Of a DNA stretch of 64,000 nucleotides, positions 28,859 through 38,087 are shown one piece after another (position 1 is the first letter of the stretch; every line of letters begins with the position of its first letter). Under the pieces are notes generated by a model. The model was not told where the DNA came from, did not search any database, and saw only the letters and a program-made list of their open reading frames with translations. The stretch is from Thermomicrobiales bacterium. GTDB lineage: Bacteria; Chloroflexota; Chloroflexia; Thermomicrobiales; UBA6265. Where the stretch lies: positions 2,158 through 66,157 of the forward strand of contig DASZAY010000028.1 of assembly GCA_035944555.1 (NCBI GenBank), written 5' to 3'. Made by a program: the position numbers and the translations under genes.

Positions 28859-29356
28859 ATGACTGCTGAACAGCCGATGGAATCGCTTTTTGACCAGGCG
28901 GCAGCCGCCCTGTTTCATCTGGGTCGGAGCTTCGCCCGTCTCTCCGTCCTTCCAGACGAGGCTGGAGATGATAGGAACGCGCGGAGCCACATCAAGGTAC
29001 AGCTCTGTCTCGCGATCGAGGTTGGGCAACGCGAGGGTGATGCGGTCACGGTCGGAACGATAGCCAGGACACTGACGGTCGACGCGTCAACGGCCAGCCG
29101 ACTGGTGAACCAGGCGGCACGGGATGGTCTGATCGTCACCAGTCCTTCTTCAACCGACCGGCGACGTCTCATGCTGACACTCACTCCGGCGGGGGAGGAA
29201 CTGGTCACCCAGGCGAGACGCTATCAGCGCCAGGTCTTCGATGAGCTGACGGCAACTTGGGATCCATCTGACCGCGAGACGTTCGCGCTGCTGTTTCTCT
29301 CGTTCAGCCAGGATGTCATCCGCAAGGCAGCCGCGAGAGGTGCCGGACCCGGGTGA
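28859..29356 (+). CDS. MarR-family transcriptional regulator
   Basis: 165 aa. The winged-HTH region is VTVGTIARTLTVDASTASRLVNQAARDGLIVTSPSSTDRRRLMLTLTPAGEEL. Confidence 0.88.
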   Translation: MTAEQPMESLFDQAAAALFHLGRSFARLSVLPDEAGDDRNARSHIKVQLCLAIEVGQREGDAVTVGTIARTLTVDASTASRLVNQAARDGLIVTSPSSTDRRRLMLTLTPAGEELVTQARRYQRQVFDELTATWDPSDRETFALLFLSFSQDVIRKAAARGAGPG

Positions 29357-29360
29357 GCGT

Positions 29361-30422
29361 TCAGCCGTGCCAGGTCGCTTCCAGGACCCGATCCCGGTTC
29401 CCCCACGCGACCTGCGCGATCGCGGGGTCGTCATGGCCCCGGTCGCGGAGTGCGTAGATCAGCCGGGGGAGCCCCGCGGCATCGGCCAGCGTCGCGGGCA
29501 TCGTCGCTTCATCGAAGTCCGATCCGAACCCGACATGGTCGAACTCGATCCGGTTCACGAGATAGTCGATGTGGTCGACGATCACGCCGAGTGGCGTGTC
29601 CGGCTCGTCGTAGCCGTCGGGCCGGGTGGCGTTGACCTCGAAGTTGACGCCGACGATCCCACCGGACGCGCCAATGGCGTCGATCCGCCAGTCGGTCGGG
29701 TTGCGTGCGATTGGGCAAATGGCGTGAACGGCCGAGTGGGTGCCGACGACAGGGGCCTCGGTCGTCGCGACGACATCGCGGAAGCCGGTGGCGTTGAGGT
29801 GAGACACGTCGACCAGGATGCCGAGATGATTGCACTCCCGGACCAGGTCCAGGCCCGCATCGGTCAGTCCCGCTCCGGTATCCGGGTCGGCGGGGAACCG
29901 GAACGGGACGCCGAGGTCGAAGATGTTGGGCCGGCTCCACGTGATCCCGGGTGACCGCAGCCCCGCCCGGTACAGCAGTTCCAGCGCGTTGAACCCCGGG
30001 TCGATCGCGTCTGCTCCCTTCAGGTGCAGGATCGCGGCGAGCGCGTCAGACCTGCAATTAGCGCGGAGGTCACATCAACGTCCCGGACGATCCGGAGTCG
30101 GTCGTCCAGCATCCGCTCCGGCCGGGACAGCTCGGCCACCATGGCGATGTTCGCCCTGAGGGCGTCGGCGGGATCGATCGGCTCCGCAAGCGGCACCTCG
30201 TACCGTCGTCGGTGATCCGCACGTCCATCCCGCCGGGGGAGGAGGCAAACACGGCGCAGAACCCGGCCCTGAGTCCCCAGCCCTGGCCCGGGCAAGGTCG
30301 ATGTGGGTCGCCGGCAAGCCGTCGCGGAACCCACGAACGTCGTTCGGGCCGAACGGAGCGAGGTGCCGGAGCGTGTCGTTATGCCCGTCGAGGATGGCGC
30401 GGTAACGATCCGAAACGCTCAA
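29361..30422 (-). pseudogene. Membrane dipeptidase (peptidase M19) gene disrupted by three 1-nt frameshifts
   Basis: M19 motifs are spread over three frames. ILDGHNDTLRH...THIDLARARAG is in frame 0, GLRAGFCAVFASSPG in a second frame, and YEVPLAEPIDPADALRANIAMVAELS in a third. The sequence then returns to frame 0 with DALAAILHLKGADAIDPG...VDVSHLNATGF...GFGSDFD. The junctions are near 30275 (in a G/C run), 30203 and 30050. Confidence 0.7.
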
Positions 30423-30439
30423 CAGGATCTCGCTGCGGA

Positions 30440-31069
30440 TCAGGTAGGGCCGGCCCCCGCGATGCGCGCCAGCCAGGGATGATCGTCGCCAGCCGTCAGG
30501 CGAATCGCCTCGCGAAGCCACCCGGTCGCGCCAGCATCGAGCAGGGGAAGTGCCGTAATTAGATCAGCCTCGTCCTTTGGGCGGCGTCCACGGCTCTTGT
30601 AGAACAACTGGATCTCCGGACGAAGGTACGGGACGCCGTCGGCAGACGTCGCGCCGATGTCCGTCAGCCGCCGCGTGATTCGCCGGTCCCGACGCGAATA
30701 CCACCCGTCGCCATCGCTCTCGTCGACCATGAGCTGGAATCTCCACCGGTCGTCCGGGTCGGCCCGGCTCCAGACGTCGTGGACATGATCCGGCAGCGGC
30801 TCGCCGGTCGACCACCGTCGCAGCGAGCCAGGCGGATCGGCGGCGTAGCAATCCCAGGTGCTCAGGTGCTCGTGAACGGCGAGGTGATCGCGGCGCAGGA
30901 TCAGGACGTCGATGTCGGCGTGGTCACGGGTCGTCCATCCGGCAGCGAGGTCGATGGCATGGCCGCCCGCTATCCACCATGGGACCGCGATGTCCCGGAA
31001 CAGCTCTTCGATCTCGGCGACGGAGAGCGACTCCCATGCTCCATCCGGATCGGCTGCGGGCGTGCCCAT
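30440..31069 (-). CDS. Nucleotidyltransferase of the ANT(2'')/Lnu-like (aminoglycoside/lincosamide adenylyltransferase-like) family
   Basis: VPWWIAGGHAIDLAAGWTTRDHADIDVLILRRD parallels LPLWIGGGWAIDARLGRVTRKHDDIDLTF of ANT(2'')-Ia, as I remember that sequence. Confidence 0.65.
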   Translation of the reverse strand: MGTPAADPDGAWESLSVAEIEELFRDIAVPWWIAGGHAIDLAAGWTTRDHADIDVLILRRDHLAVHEHLSTWDCYAADPPGSLRRWSTGEPLPDHVHDVWSRADPDDRWRFQLMVDESDGDGWYSRRDRRITRRLTDIGATSADGVPYLRPEIQLFYKSRGRRPKDEADLITALPLLDAGATGWLREAIRLTAGDDHPWLARIAGAGPT

Positions 31070-31073
31070 CCGG

Positions 31074-32195
31074 CTAGCCGGAGATCCCGGTTACGACCGG
31101 GCGCGGGCTGAGGGTCTTCAGGCGATCGATATGCTCGGGTAGCCGGCTGGTCCAGTCGCGCAGGGTCATGAACCACGAGCGCGTCTTGGCCCGCAGATCG
31201 GCATCGAGTGATTCGAACCGCTCCCAGTCGTCGCTGGTCAACCAGGCGATCGTGCCGGTAATTCGATAAAGCGACGTGTTCGGCTCGATCGGTCCACGCC
31301 CGTAGCCGTTGTAGAACGCCCGGGGCAGCCCGCGCCCGTTGATCAGCGACGCGTGCATGTCCAGTAGCGCCAGCTCGCGGGCAGGATCGCCGACCATGGG
31401 CTCATCCCAGTCCACCAGCGTGGCACCGGACGGGTCGATGACGGCATTCCAGAGATCGACGTCGCCGTGGAGCAGCGAGGTCGGGGCGGAGCACAGCCAG
31501 GTCGCCGCCGCGTCGATCTGCCGGTGCAGCGCCGGGATCGACCGGGCAGCGACCGGGAGCAGCTCGGTCAGCCGCTCGGTCGCTGCCCGGAGGGCAGCGT
31601 GCTGCTCCGCGACGGGATCGGCGGACCGCAGATAGATCCCGGCGGCGGAGACATCACCGGCCAGCCGGTGCGGGAAGGTCACGTCATGGACCTTCCGGTA
31701 GGCGCGACCGGCCTTGGCCCAGTCCTCGCTGTCGGCGGTGCCAAGCTCGACGGTATCGCCGAGCGGCTGACCGGGGGCGAATTCATAGAGCGCGGCATTC
31801 CCGGCTTCGGAGAGCAGGCGCGGCTTGGGCAGCCGGTACGCTTCCAACAGCCGGGCGCGGGCACGCTCCGGTGCCCGATCGGGCGGACGGATCCGGAGGA
31901 CGACACGACTCCCGTCGGCGAGGCGCGCGGCCACGATCTGGTTGGCAACACCGCGACCGCGCAACGGGTACGTGTCCATCACGCCAGGCAGCCCGGCATC
32001 CCGGACAAGCGTTTCCAGGGTATCCAGCGTGTTGGTGGAGGAAGGATCCATACGGCAGCGATCTGTCCAGGTGAGTGCGGGATACCCGGTCTGACGAGGG
32101 AGGGGCAGCAGGCGTCCGGTATCGCTGTGCCCGGTGACGATCGATTCTGTCTTTTCGGCGGGCGCGTCAGCCAATCCGGTGCGGGAAGGGCTCAC
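31074..32195 (-). CDS. Aminoglycoside-phosphotransferase (APH)/choline-kinase-fold phosphotransferase
   Basis: The Brenner/catalytic region LLHGDVDLWNAVIDPSGATLVDWDEPMVGDPARELA is present. The start is uncertain: the track GTG 32195 or ATG 32051. Confidence 0.75.
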   Translation of the reverse strand: MSPSRTGLADAPAEKTESIVTGHSDTGRLLPLPRQTGYPALTWTDRCRMDPSSTNTLDTLETLVRDAGLPGVMDTYPLRGRGVANQIVAARLADGSRVVLRIRPPDRAPERARARLLEAYRLPKPRLLSEAGNAALYEFAPGQPLGDTVELGTADSEDWAKAGRAYRKVHDVTFPHRLAGDVSAAGIYLRSADPVAEQHAALRAATERLTELLPVAARSIPALHRQIDAAATWLCSAPTSLLHGDVDLWNAVIDPSGATLVDWDEPMVGDPARELALLDMHASLINGRGLPRAFYNGYGRGPIEPNTSLYRITGTIAWLTSDDWERFESLDADLRAKTRSWFMTLRDWTSRLPEHIDRLKTLSPRPVVTGISG

Positions 32196-32443
32196 GGCAT
32201 ATCGGGATTCCCGTAGGCATCAGGACGACGATGGCGCCAGGAAACTACCCCATCTCACGGTCTTTTCAGCCTACCATAGGTCCCAGACATTCCTGGGCCG
32301 ATCGGCTGGCCGTGTGGTCGCCAAAGGTCCTGATATCCCTGGTAGCTGGCGTTTCCCGGGGCACCCATCTCGTCGACCTGGTCGATTCCGTGGCCGGCAG
32401 CCTTCAGTTCCGGCGCGCTGGCGAGCGCTCCGGTGCCATCCGC

Positions 32444-35005
32444 CTACAACCGGCGGCGCATGGCCGACAGCGGTGAGCCGGGAATCGGGGCGCCTTCCCC
32501 GCCCCGGTCCAGGTGGTACGGGACGCTGGTCACGACGATGCCGGGCTTGAACAGCAGCGCCGCCTTGATCCGTAGGCCGGTCTGGTTGTGGAGGATGTGC
32601 TCCCACCAGTGCCGGGCGATGAACTCGGGCAGGATCACGGTCAGGGTGTCGCCGGGCCGCTGCCGGTCGATCTCGTCGATGTAGCTGAGCAGCGGCCCGA
32701 CCAGCGACCGGTAGGGTGACTCGATGATGACCAGGGGCACACCGATGTCCAGCGCGTCCCACGCCTGCTGTACGCCGTCGATATCGTCCTCGTCGACGGC
32801 GATGTGGACGGCGGTGACGTTGGACGACATCGACCGGGCGTAGGCCAGCGTCTGCTGGGCGACCCGGTTCACCCCGGCGATCGGGACGAGGACCGTGTGG
32901 TGAATGGCTGACGGGTCCAGCGGCGTCGGCGTCGCCAGCTCGCGGGTTGCCATCTCGTAGTGCCGGTGGATCCCGCGGAGCGTCAGGATCAGCAACGGGA
33001 TCAGCAGCATCACCACCCAGGCGCCATGGGCAAACTTGGTCACCGCGACGATTAGCGCCACGACAGCCGTCGCCGTCGCCCCGAACCCGTTGAGGATCCG
33101 CCCCGTCCGCCAGCCGGGTTCCCGCCGCCGTTGCCAGCGGACGACCATGCCTAGCTGCGAGATCGTGAACGAGGTGAACACGCCCAGTGCGTAGAGCGGG
33201 ATCAGCCGCTCCGTCTCGCCGCCGAAGATCGCCAGCACCGCCGAGGACAGCACGCCGAGCGTGACGATCCCGGTCGTGAAGGCCAGGCGGTCGCCCCGGA
33301 AGGTAAATTGCCGGGGCATGTAGCGGTCGCGGGCGAGGAAGTACGACAGGCGGGGGAAATCGGAGTAGGCCGTGTTGGCGGCGAGGACGAGGATCGCCAT
33401 CGTCGAGAACTGGATGAACAGCGCCGGGACCGGCCCCCAGCCCTCGAAGATCCGCTGCGCGACCTGGTAGACGACCGTCTCGTAGCCGGCGGAGTCCTGG
33501 TCCAGCGGCAGGGTGCCGTACTGGTGGGCCAGCCACGTGATCCCGCCGAACATCACGGCGAGCGTGACGATCATGATTGTCAGCGTCGTCCGGGCGTTGG
33601 ACCACTCCGGCTTCCGGAAGGCCGGCACCCCGTCGGAGATGGCTTCGACACCGGTCAGGGCCGTGCACCCGGCGCTGAAGGCGCGCAGCGCGACGAAGAG
33701 TGTCAGCGTGCCGGCCGCCGCCACGTCCTCGGTCGGGACGACCTCCGGCTCCAGCACGGGAAAACCGGCCAGTGCGTTGCGGGTGATCCCGACGACCAGC
33801 ATCAGCGCGATCCCGCCGAGGAACAGAAAGGTCGGGACGGCGAAGATCGTCCCGGATTCCCGGATACCCCGCAGGTTCAGGATCGTGACCAGCGTCACGA
33901 ATCCGATCCCGACGAGGACGCGGTGCTCGTTCAGCCCGTTGAACACCGATGACAGCGCCGCGACGGCCGCCGCGACCGAGACGGCGACGGTCAGGATGTA
34001 GTCGACCAGCAGCGCGCCGCCCGCGGTCAGCGCCGGGATCTCTCCGAGGTTGTCCTTGGCGACGATGTACGAGCCGCCGCCGTTGGGATACGCCTTGATG
34101 GTCTGGCGGTAGGAGACGCCGACGATCAGGAGCAGCACGATGATCGCGAGACCGATCGGCAGGCTGACGCTCAGCGCCGCGACGCCACCGGCGATCAGCA
34201 GCACCCGGAGGATTTCTTCCGTGGCGTAGGCGACCGACGACAGGGCGTCCGACGACAGGACCGCCAGGGCCTTGGGCTTGGACAGCCGCTCATGCGACGC
34301 CATCTCGGTCGAGAGCGGCGAACCGATCAGCAGCCGCTTCACCCTGCCCGCCGTCCGCCCAACGGGACCGCGCTCGGCCAGCGACTGCTGCTTCGCAATC
34401 AGCCGGCCGGGACCGGCGAAGGCGAAATCGTCGGTCCGGGGCCGGACGATCCGGACGTACCGGTCGCCCGGGTGCTGTCCCTGGAGCGCCTGGCGGCCCG
34501 AGAGATTGGGATGAATCGGCGCGTCGACGGGGCGTGGCGGGCGGTGACCGCGCGTTGGGTGAACCCGGTCGGCGGGCTCGACTGCGTTCATCTCCAGGAC
34601 ACTCGCAGGATTCATGTCGGTGCCGGGGAAGGTATTGCGGTCAGGCGCCGGGCCTGGCCGGGGTGGCGCGAACTGCGAAGAAGCGGGAGGCTCGGGATCG
34701 GCCCGGATCGTCGGGATCGTGCTGGTCGGTCCGATGGCGATCGTCTCGTTAGGGGTCGGCAGGTCCGCCGGGCTGGAAAAGGGAAGTGGCTCGTCGCGGG
34801 AGACCGGTGAGGTGTAATGACCGCCGGGAGGGCGTGGCGGACCCGCCTTCCGGACCTTGGGTCGGATCCGGCGTTCGGCGCCCTCGCCGACCGCGCCGGG
34901 TTTGCTTGTGGCAGGCTCGTCGGTGTCGCCCGCTGGCGCTTCGGGAGACGCGGATCCGTCCAGGGCGTCTCCCTGGGCCGGAACGTCGTTGCGTCGGTTG
35001 TCCAC
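32444..35005 (-). CDS. APC-superfamily transporter (amino acid permease-like) with C-terminal cytoplasmic domain and long disordered N-terminus
   Basis: The transporter core is SKPKALAVLSSDALSSVAYATEEIL...NGGGSYIVAKDNLG with about 12 TM segments. The C-terminal region is HTVLVPIAGVNRVAQQTLAYARS...VIIESPYR. I prefer GTG 35005 as the start (AGGAG 10 nt upstream), with ATG 34615 as an alternative. The track start 35482 overlaps the divergent cupin gene and is rejected. Confidence 0.75.
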   Translation of the reverse strand: MDNRRNDVPAQGDALDGSASPEAPAGDTDEPATSKPGAVGEGAERRIRPKVRKAGPPRPPGGHYTSPVSRDEPLPFSSPADLPTPNETIAIGPTSTIPTIRADPEPPASSQFAPPRPGPAPDRNTFPGTDMNPASVLEMNAVEPADRVHPTRGHRPPRPVDAPIHPNLSGRQALQGQHPGDRYVRIVRPRTDDFAFAGPGRLIAKQQSLAERGPVGRTAGRVKRLLIGSPLSTEMASHERLSKPKALAVLSSDALSSVAYATEEILRVLLIAGGVAALSVSLPIGLAIIVLLLIVGVSYRQTIKAYPNGGGSYIVAKDNLGEIPALTAGGALLVDYILTVAVSVAAAVAALSSVFNGLNEHRVLVGIGFVTLVTILNLRGIRESGTIFAVPTFLFLGGIALMLVVGITRNALAGFPVLEPEVVPTEDVAAAGTLTLFVALRAFSAGCTALTGVEAISDGVPAFRKPEWSNARTTLTIMIVTLAVMFGGITWLAHQYGTLPLDQDSAGYETVVYQVAQRIFEGWGPVPALFIQFSTMAILVLAANTAYSDFPRLSYFLARDRYMPRQFTFRGDRLAFTTGIVTLGVLSSAVLAIFGGETERLIPLYALGVFTSFTISQLGMVVRWQRRREPGWRTGRILNGFGATATAVVALIVAVTKFAHGAWVVMLLIPLLILTLRGIHRHYEMATRELATPTPLDPSAIHHTVLVPIAGVNRVAQQTLAYARSMSSNVTAVHIAVDEDDIDGVQQAWDALDIGVPLVIIESPYRSLVGPLLSYIDEIDRQRPGDTLTVILPEFIARHWWEHILHNQTGLRIKAALLFKPGIVVTSVPYHLDRGGEGAPIPGSPLSAMRRRL

Positions 35006-35176
35006 TGGTGAAGAACTCCTGGATGCCCTGCCTGGGCAGATCAACGACTGGCGGACGCGGAACGATCCCGCCAGCGTGAGCCGCGATAGGATACGTCCGC
35101 ATTGGCCAGACGGGTACCTCGGGCATCGACCGCCCTTATAGCGGTCCCCGTCGTGCCGGATACCGTCGTCTACACC

Positions 35177-35581
35177 ATGACAGGAGCCAGCGACATGACC
35201 GATACGTCGACGTCCGCCGTCCCGTTCCCACCCGCCTGGAGCAACGTCGCCGACCTGACCCGGTTCGAAGCCGTCCCGGGCATCTGGATGCAGTCGTTCG
35301 CCGGCGGGGCGCTGATGGCGAACTGGGTGACGATCGAGCCGGGCGCGGAGGTGCCATCCCATATCCACCCGCACGAGCAAATGGGCGTAATGATGCAGGG
35401 CGAGATGACGCTGACCATCGCCGACGAGACCCGCACCATCGGCCCTGGCGACGTCTACGCCATCCCTCCCCATGTCCCCCACGGCGCCACCTCGACGGAT
35501 GGCTGCCTGGTGCTGGATATCTTCACGCCGGTTCGGGAGGACTACATGGAGAAGGCTCGCGTGGCGGCTGCCCGGGGCTGA
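35177..35581 (+). CDS. Cupin-domain protein
   Basis: GAEVPSHIHPHEQMGVMMQGEMTL...GDVYAIPPHVPHG carries the two cupin motifs. The start is ATG 35177 or ATG 35195. Confidence 0.8.
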   Translation: MTGASDMTDTSTSAVPFPPAWSNVADLTRFEAVPGIWMQSFAGGALMANWVTIEPGAEVPSHIHPHEQMGVMMQGEMTLTIADETRTIGPGDVYAIPPHVPHGATSTDGCLVLDIFTPVREDYMEKARVAAARG

Positions 35582-35769
35582 TCGGGCGGGGCCCGTGGGG
35601 AATGTGACCGACGGGCGATGGTCGCCTCGCGGCCTGCCCGCTGATACTCAGCGCGCCTGCTTCCATATCGATGGGAAATCACCGGTCCTGCTGCTAGGCT
35701 GATCCGCGAAAACCCCTCAATCCACATGTTTCCCCGTGCGTCGCGAGGTCGCCGGGCCAGGGAGTCTTG

Positions 35770-38013
35770 ATGTCGATCACCGATCTGGTGTTGTCGCTGA
35801 TCGTGCTGGTCCCCATGGGCGCGGTCGGCGTCGCCTTGCTGTGGCGTCTGCGACTCGGGCTGGACCCGCTGGAGCAGGTCGCCTACGGCGTCCCCTTCGG
35901 GTGGGTTGCCTCCTCACTCCTGCTGCTCGGGATCTGCATCCTCCAGGGCAGGATGTCCGCCGCCGTCAATGTGGTCTTCCTCGTCTTTCTGCTCGCGCTG
36001 ACGTTCTCGATCCTGATCGGCGACCGCCGCACGGTGCGGTGGCTGGAAGGTCTTACCTCGGTACCGGTACGTGACGCTGCGTTGGTCCCCGCTGAGGAGG
36101 TCGGTCCTGTCATGGCAGTTGGGCCGGCCCATTCCCGACCGACCGCCGGCCTGATCTCTACGCTAGGCCGCCTTACCCCTGACCGGCTGATCGGGCTGCT
36201 GACACTGCCTCGGATCAGTTGGCTTCCAACCATCGTGTTCGGGGCAATGCTGATCGTCTGGGCGCAATTCTGGTCCAACGTCGTCCAGTACACCCCCGAC
36301 CAGATGACATTGTCCTCGACGCATTTCATCTCCGACTGGCCGATGCATATCGGCGATCTCGCGACCATGGTCTACGGGGACAACTTTCCGGTCGAGGCAC
36401 CGCGAGTGGCCGGAGAGACCTATGGCTATCACTATCTCGCGACCGTCACTGCTGCGGCGATTTCGGCCCTCGGGGTTCTGCCCGGGTATGCCCTTGAGAT
36501 CCATAGTGGACTGGGCATGGCGTTCTGCTTGTTCGCGCTCTATGCCTTTGGCCGGCGTATTTTCCGGCGAACCGGAACGGCCGTCCTCGGCACACTGATC
36601 TTCTTCTTCGGTGGCAGCTTCGCCTGGCTGTTGACCGTTCGCCAATTCAACGCGACCGGCGACCTCTGGGATACTCTCCGCAATCATGCTTGGGAATTCG
36701 GTCCGCACAATGCCGACGGGCTGTTCGCCTGGAATCAGGTCACCAGCTATCCCTTCCTCGCCCAGCGTGCCTTTATCTATGGCATTCCGCTCTTTCTGCT
36801 GATAATGACGCTGCTCTGGATTGGTCTACGTCAGAACAGGCTTCGACCGTTCATCGTCGCCGGCCTCGTAACGGGAACACTGCCCTACAGTAATGGCTCA
36901 ACTGCTCTGATTCTCGTGCTAGTCCTGCCGTTCCTCGCGTTGCTCTTTCCGGTGCGACCGTTTGGCCGCACGCCCCTCAGTTGGATACGGGCCTATCCCA
37001 TCACAACATGGGTATCGTATGTCGTTGTCGCTGCGGCGCTGGCGCTTCCCCAGATCCTGATCCAGCAGAGTGGCGGTGCAGCCGGGCTGGAGATTCGATG
37101 GCTACCGGGATGGAATCTGAACACCCCGAACGGACCTGAGCCTTGGTGGTGGTACGCAATCAAGAACTTTGGCTTCCTGCTGATCTTCATCCCTCTAGGC
37201 TTCCTGATCCGGGGAGCATTGTCCTCGTCGTCGTGGCGTTTGCTTCTGGCAATCATGCCGGTTTTCCCGATGACCCAGCTCATCGCGTTCCAGCCTCTTG
37301 CGGGCGACAATGCCAAGCTCGTGATGCTCTGGTACCTGGCTGGTGCGATGGTCGCCGCGGCTGGCATCAATGCCATCTGGTCCCGGGCGCGGACGGCAGT
37401 GCCTCGGGCCTTCCTCTCGATCGTCGTAACCGCCATGCTGTTAACCGGCGTCCTGATTCATGTCGAGCTGATCGCCCAGGACAACCCGTTCCAGATCGCG
37501 AATCGAGAGGAGTTGGCGTTGGGCGACGAGATTCGGGAGGTAATTCCACCTGATGCTCTCGTCGCGACCAATCAGCGGGTCAACAACCCGATCCTGATGC
37601 TTGGTGGTCGCCGTATTCTGGTCGGCGCGCCGATCCATGTCTGGACTCATGGTTATGACGCCCGGGAAGAAGAGGACGCGCTCCGGACTATCATGCGTTA
37701 CGGGCCAGACGCCGCAGACGAGATTGCACGGTATGGTGTTGATTACGTTGCCATAGCACAGGGAGAGATTGATGATCTCAACGCAGATCGGGATGCATAC
37801 ATCGATCACTACCCAGTGGTGCTCGACGACGGGGTCTACATGATCTTCGCTGTCAGTCCGGCGGCGATCGATCTGGCCGTGGCGAACGGTGCCACCCTCC
37901 CCACTCCGCCATCCAGCGATCCGACCCCAGTACCGTTCGCCTCGGTTTCTGTCGCCGGGGCAACGCCAACCGCCAGCGTGGCGTCAGGAGCGACCCGACC
38001 ACCTCGCACCTGA
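35770..38013 (+). CDS. Very large polytopic membrane protein, paralog A (unassigned family; possibly GT-C-like), Pro/Thr-rich C-terminal tail
   Basis: About 747 aa with many hydrophobic helices. The conserved loop is SDWPMHIGDLATMVYGDNFPVEAPRVAGETYGYHYL, and later comes QRAFIYGIPLFLLIMTLL. Homology to the next gene is clear. GC is visibly lower (about 58-60 % in two hand-counted lines). Confidence 0.8.
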   Translation: MSITDLVLSLIVLVPMGAVGVALLWRLRLGLDPLEQVAYGVPFGWVASSLLLLGICILQGRMSAAVNVVFLVFLLALTFSILIGDRRTVRWLEGLTSVPVRDAALVPAEEVGPVMAVGPAHSRPTAGLISTLGRLTPDRLIGLLTLPRISWLPTIVFGAMLIVWAQFWSNVVQYTPDQMTLSSTHFISDWPMHIGDLATMVYGDNFPVEAPRVAGETYGYHYLATVTAAAISALGVLPGYALEIHSGLGMAFCLFALYAFGRRIFRRTGTAVLGTLIFFFGGSFAWLLTVRQFNATGDLWDTLRNHAWEFGPHNADGLFAWNQVTSYPFLAQRAFIYGIPLFLLIMTLLWIGLRQNRLRPFIVAGLVTGTLPYSNGSTALILVLVLPFLALLFPVRPFGRTPLSWIRAYPITTWVSYVVVAAALALPQILIQQSGGAAGLEIRWLPGWNLNTPNGPEPWWWYAIKNFGFLLIFIPLGFLIRGALSSSSWRLLLAIMPVFPMTQLIAFQPLAGDNAKLVMLWYLAGAMVAAAGINAIWSRARTAVPRAFLSIVVTAMLLTGVLIHVELIAQDNPFQIANREELALGDEIREVIPPDALVATNQRVNNPILMLGGRRILVGAPIHVWTHGYDAREEEDALRTIMRYGPDAADEIARYGVDYVAIAQGEIDDLNADRDAYIDHYPVVLDDGVYMIFAVSPAAIDLAVANGATLPTPPSSDPTPVPFASVSVAGATPTASVASGATRPPRT

Positions 38014-38087
38014 ACCTCTTTCCTCCCTCCTTCGTCCGGGTCAGCACGATCCGATCAATCTTGACTCGACCCGTGGAGCCCTGCCCC

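Noticed and set aside
35006-35482. Upstream extension of the transporter ORF to 35482
   Set aside because: It would overlap the divergent cupin gene (35177..35581) and its promoter region. An in-frame GTG with AGGAG at 35005 gives a sensible start. Even that start is uncertain, and ATG 34615 is an alternative.
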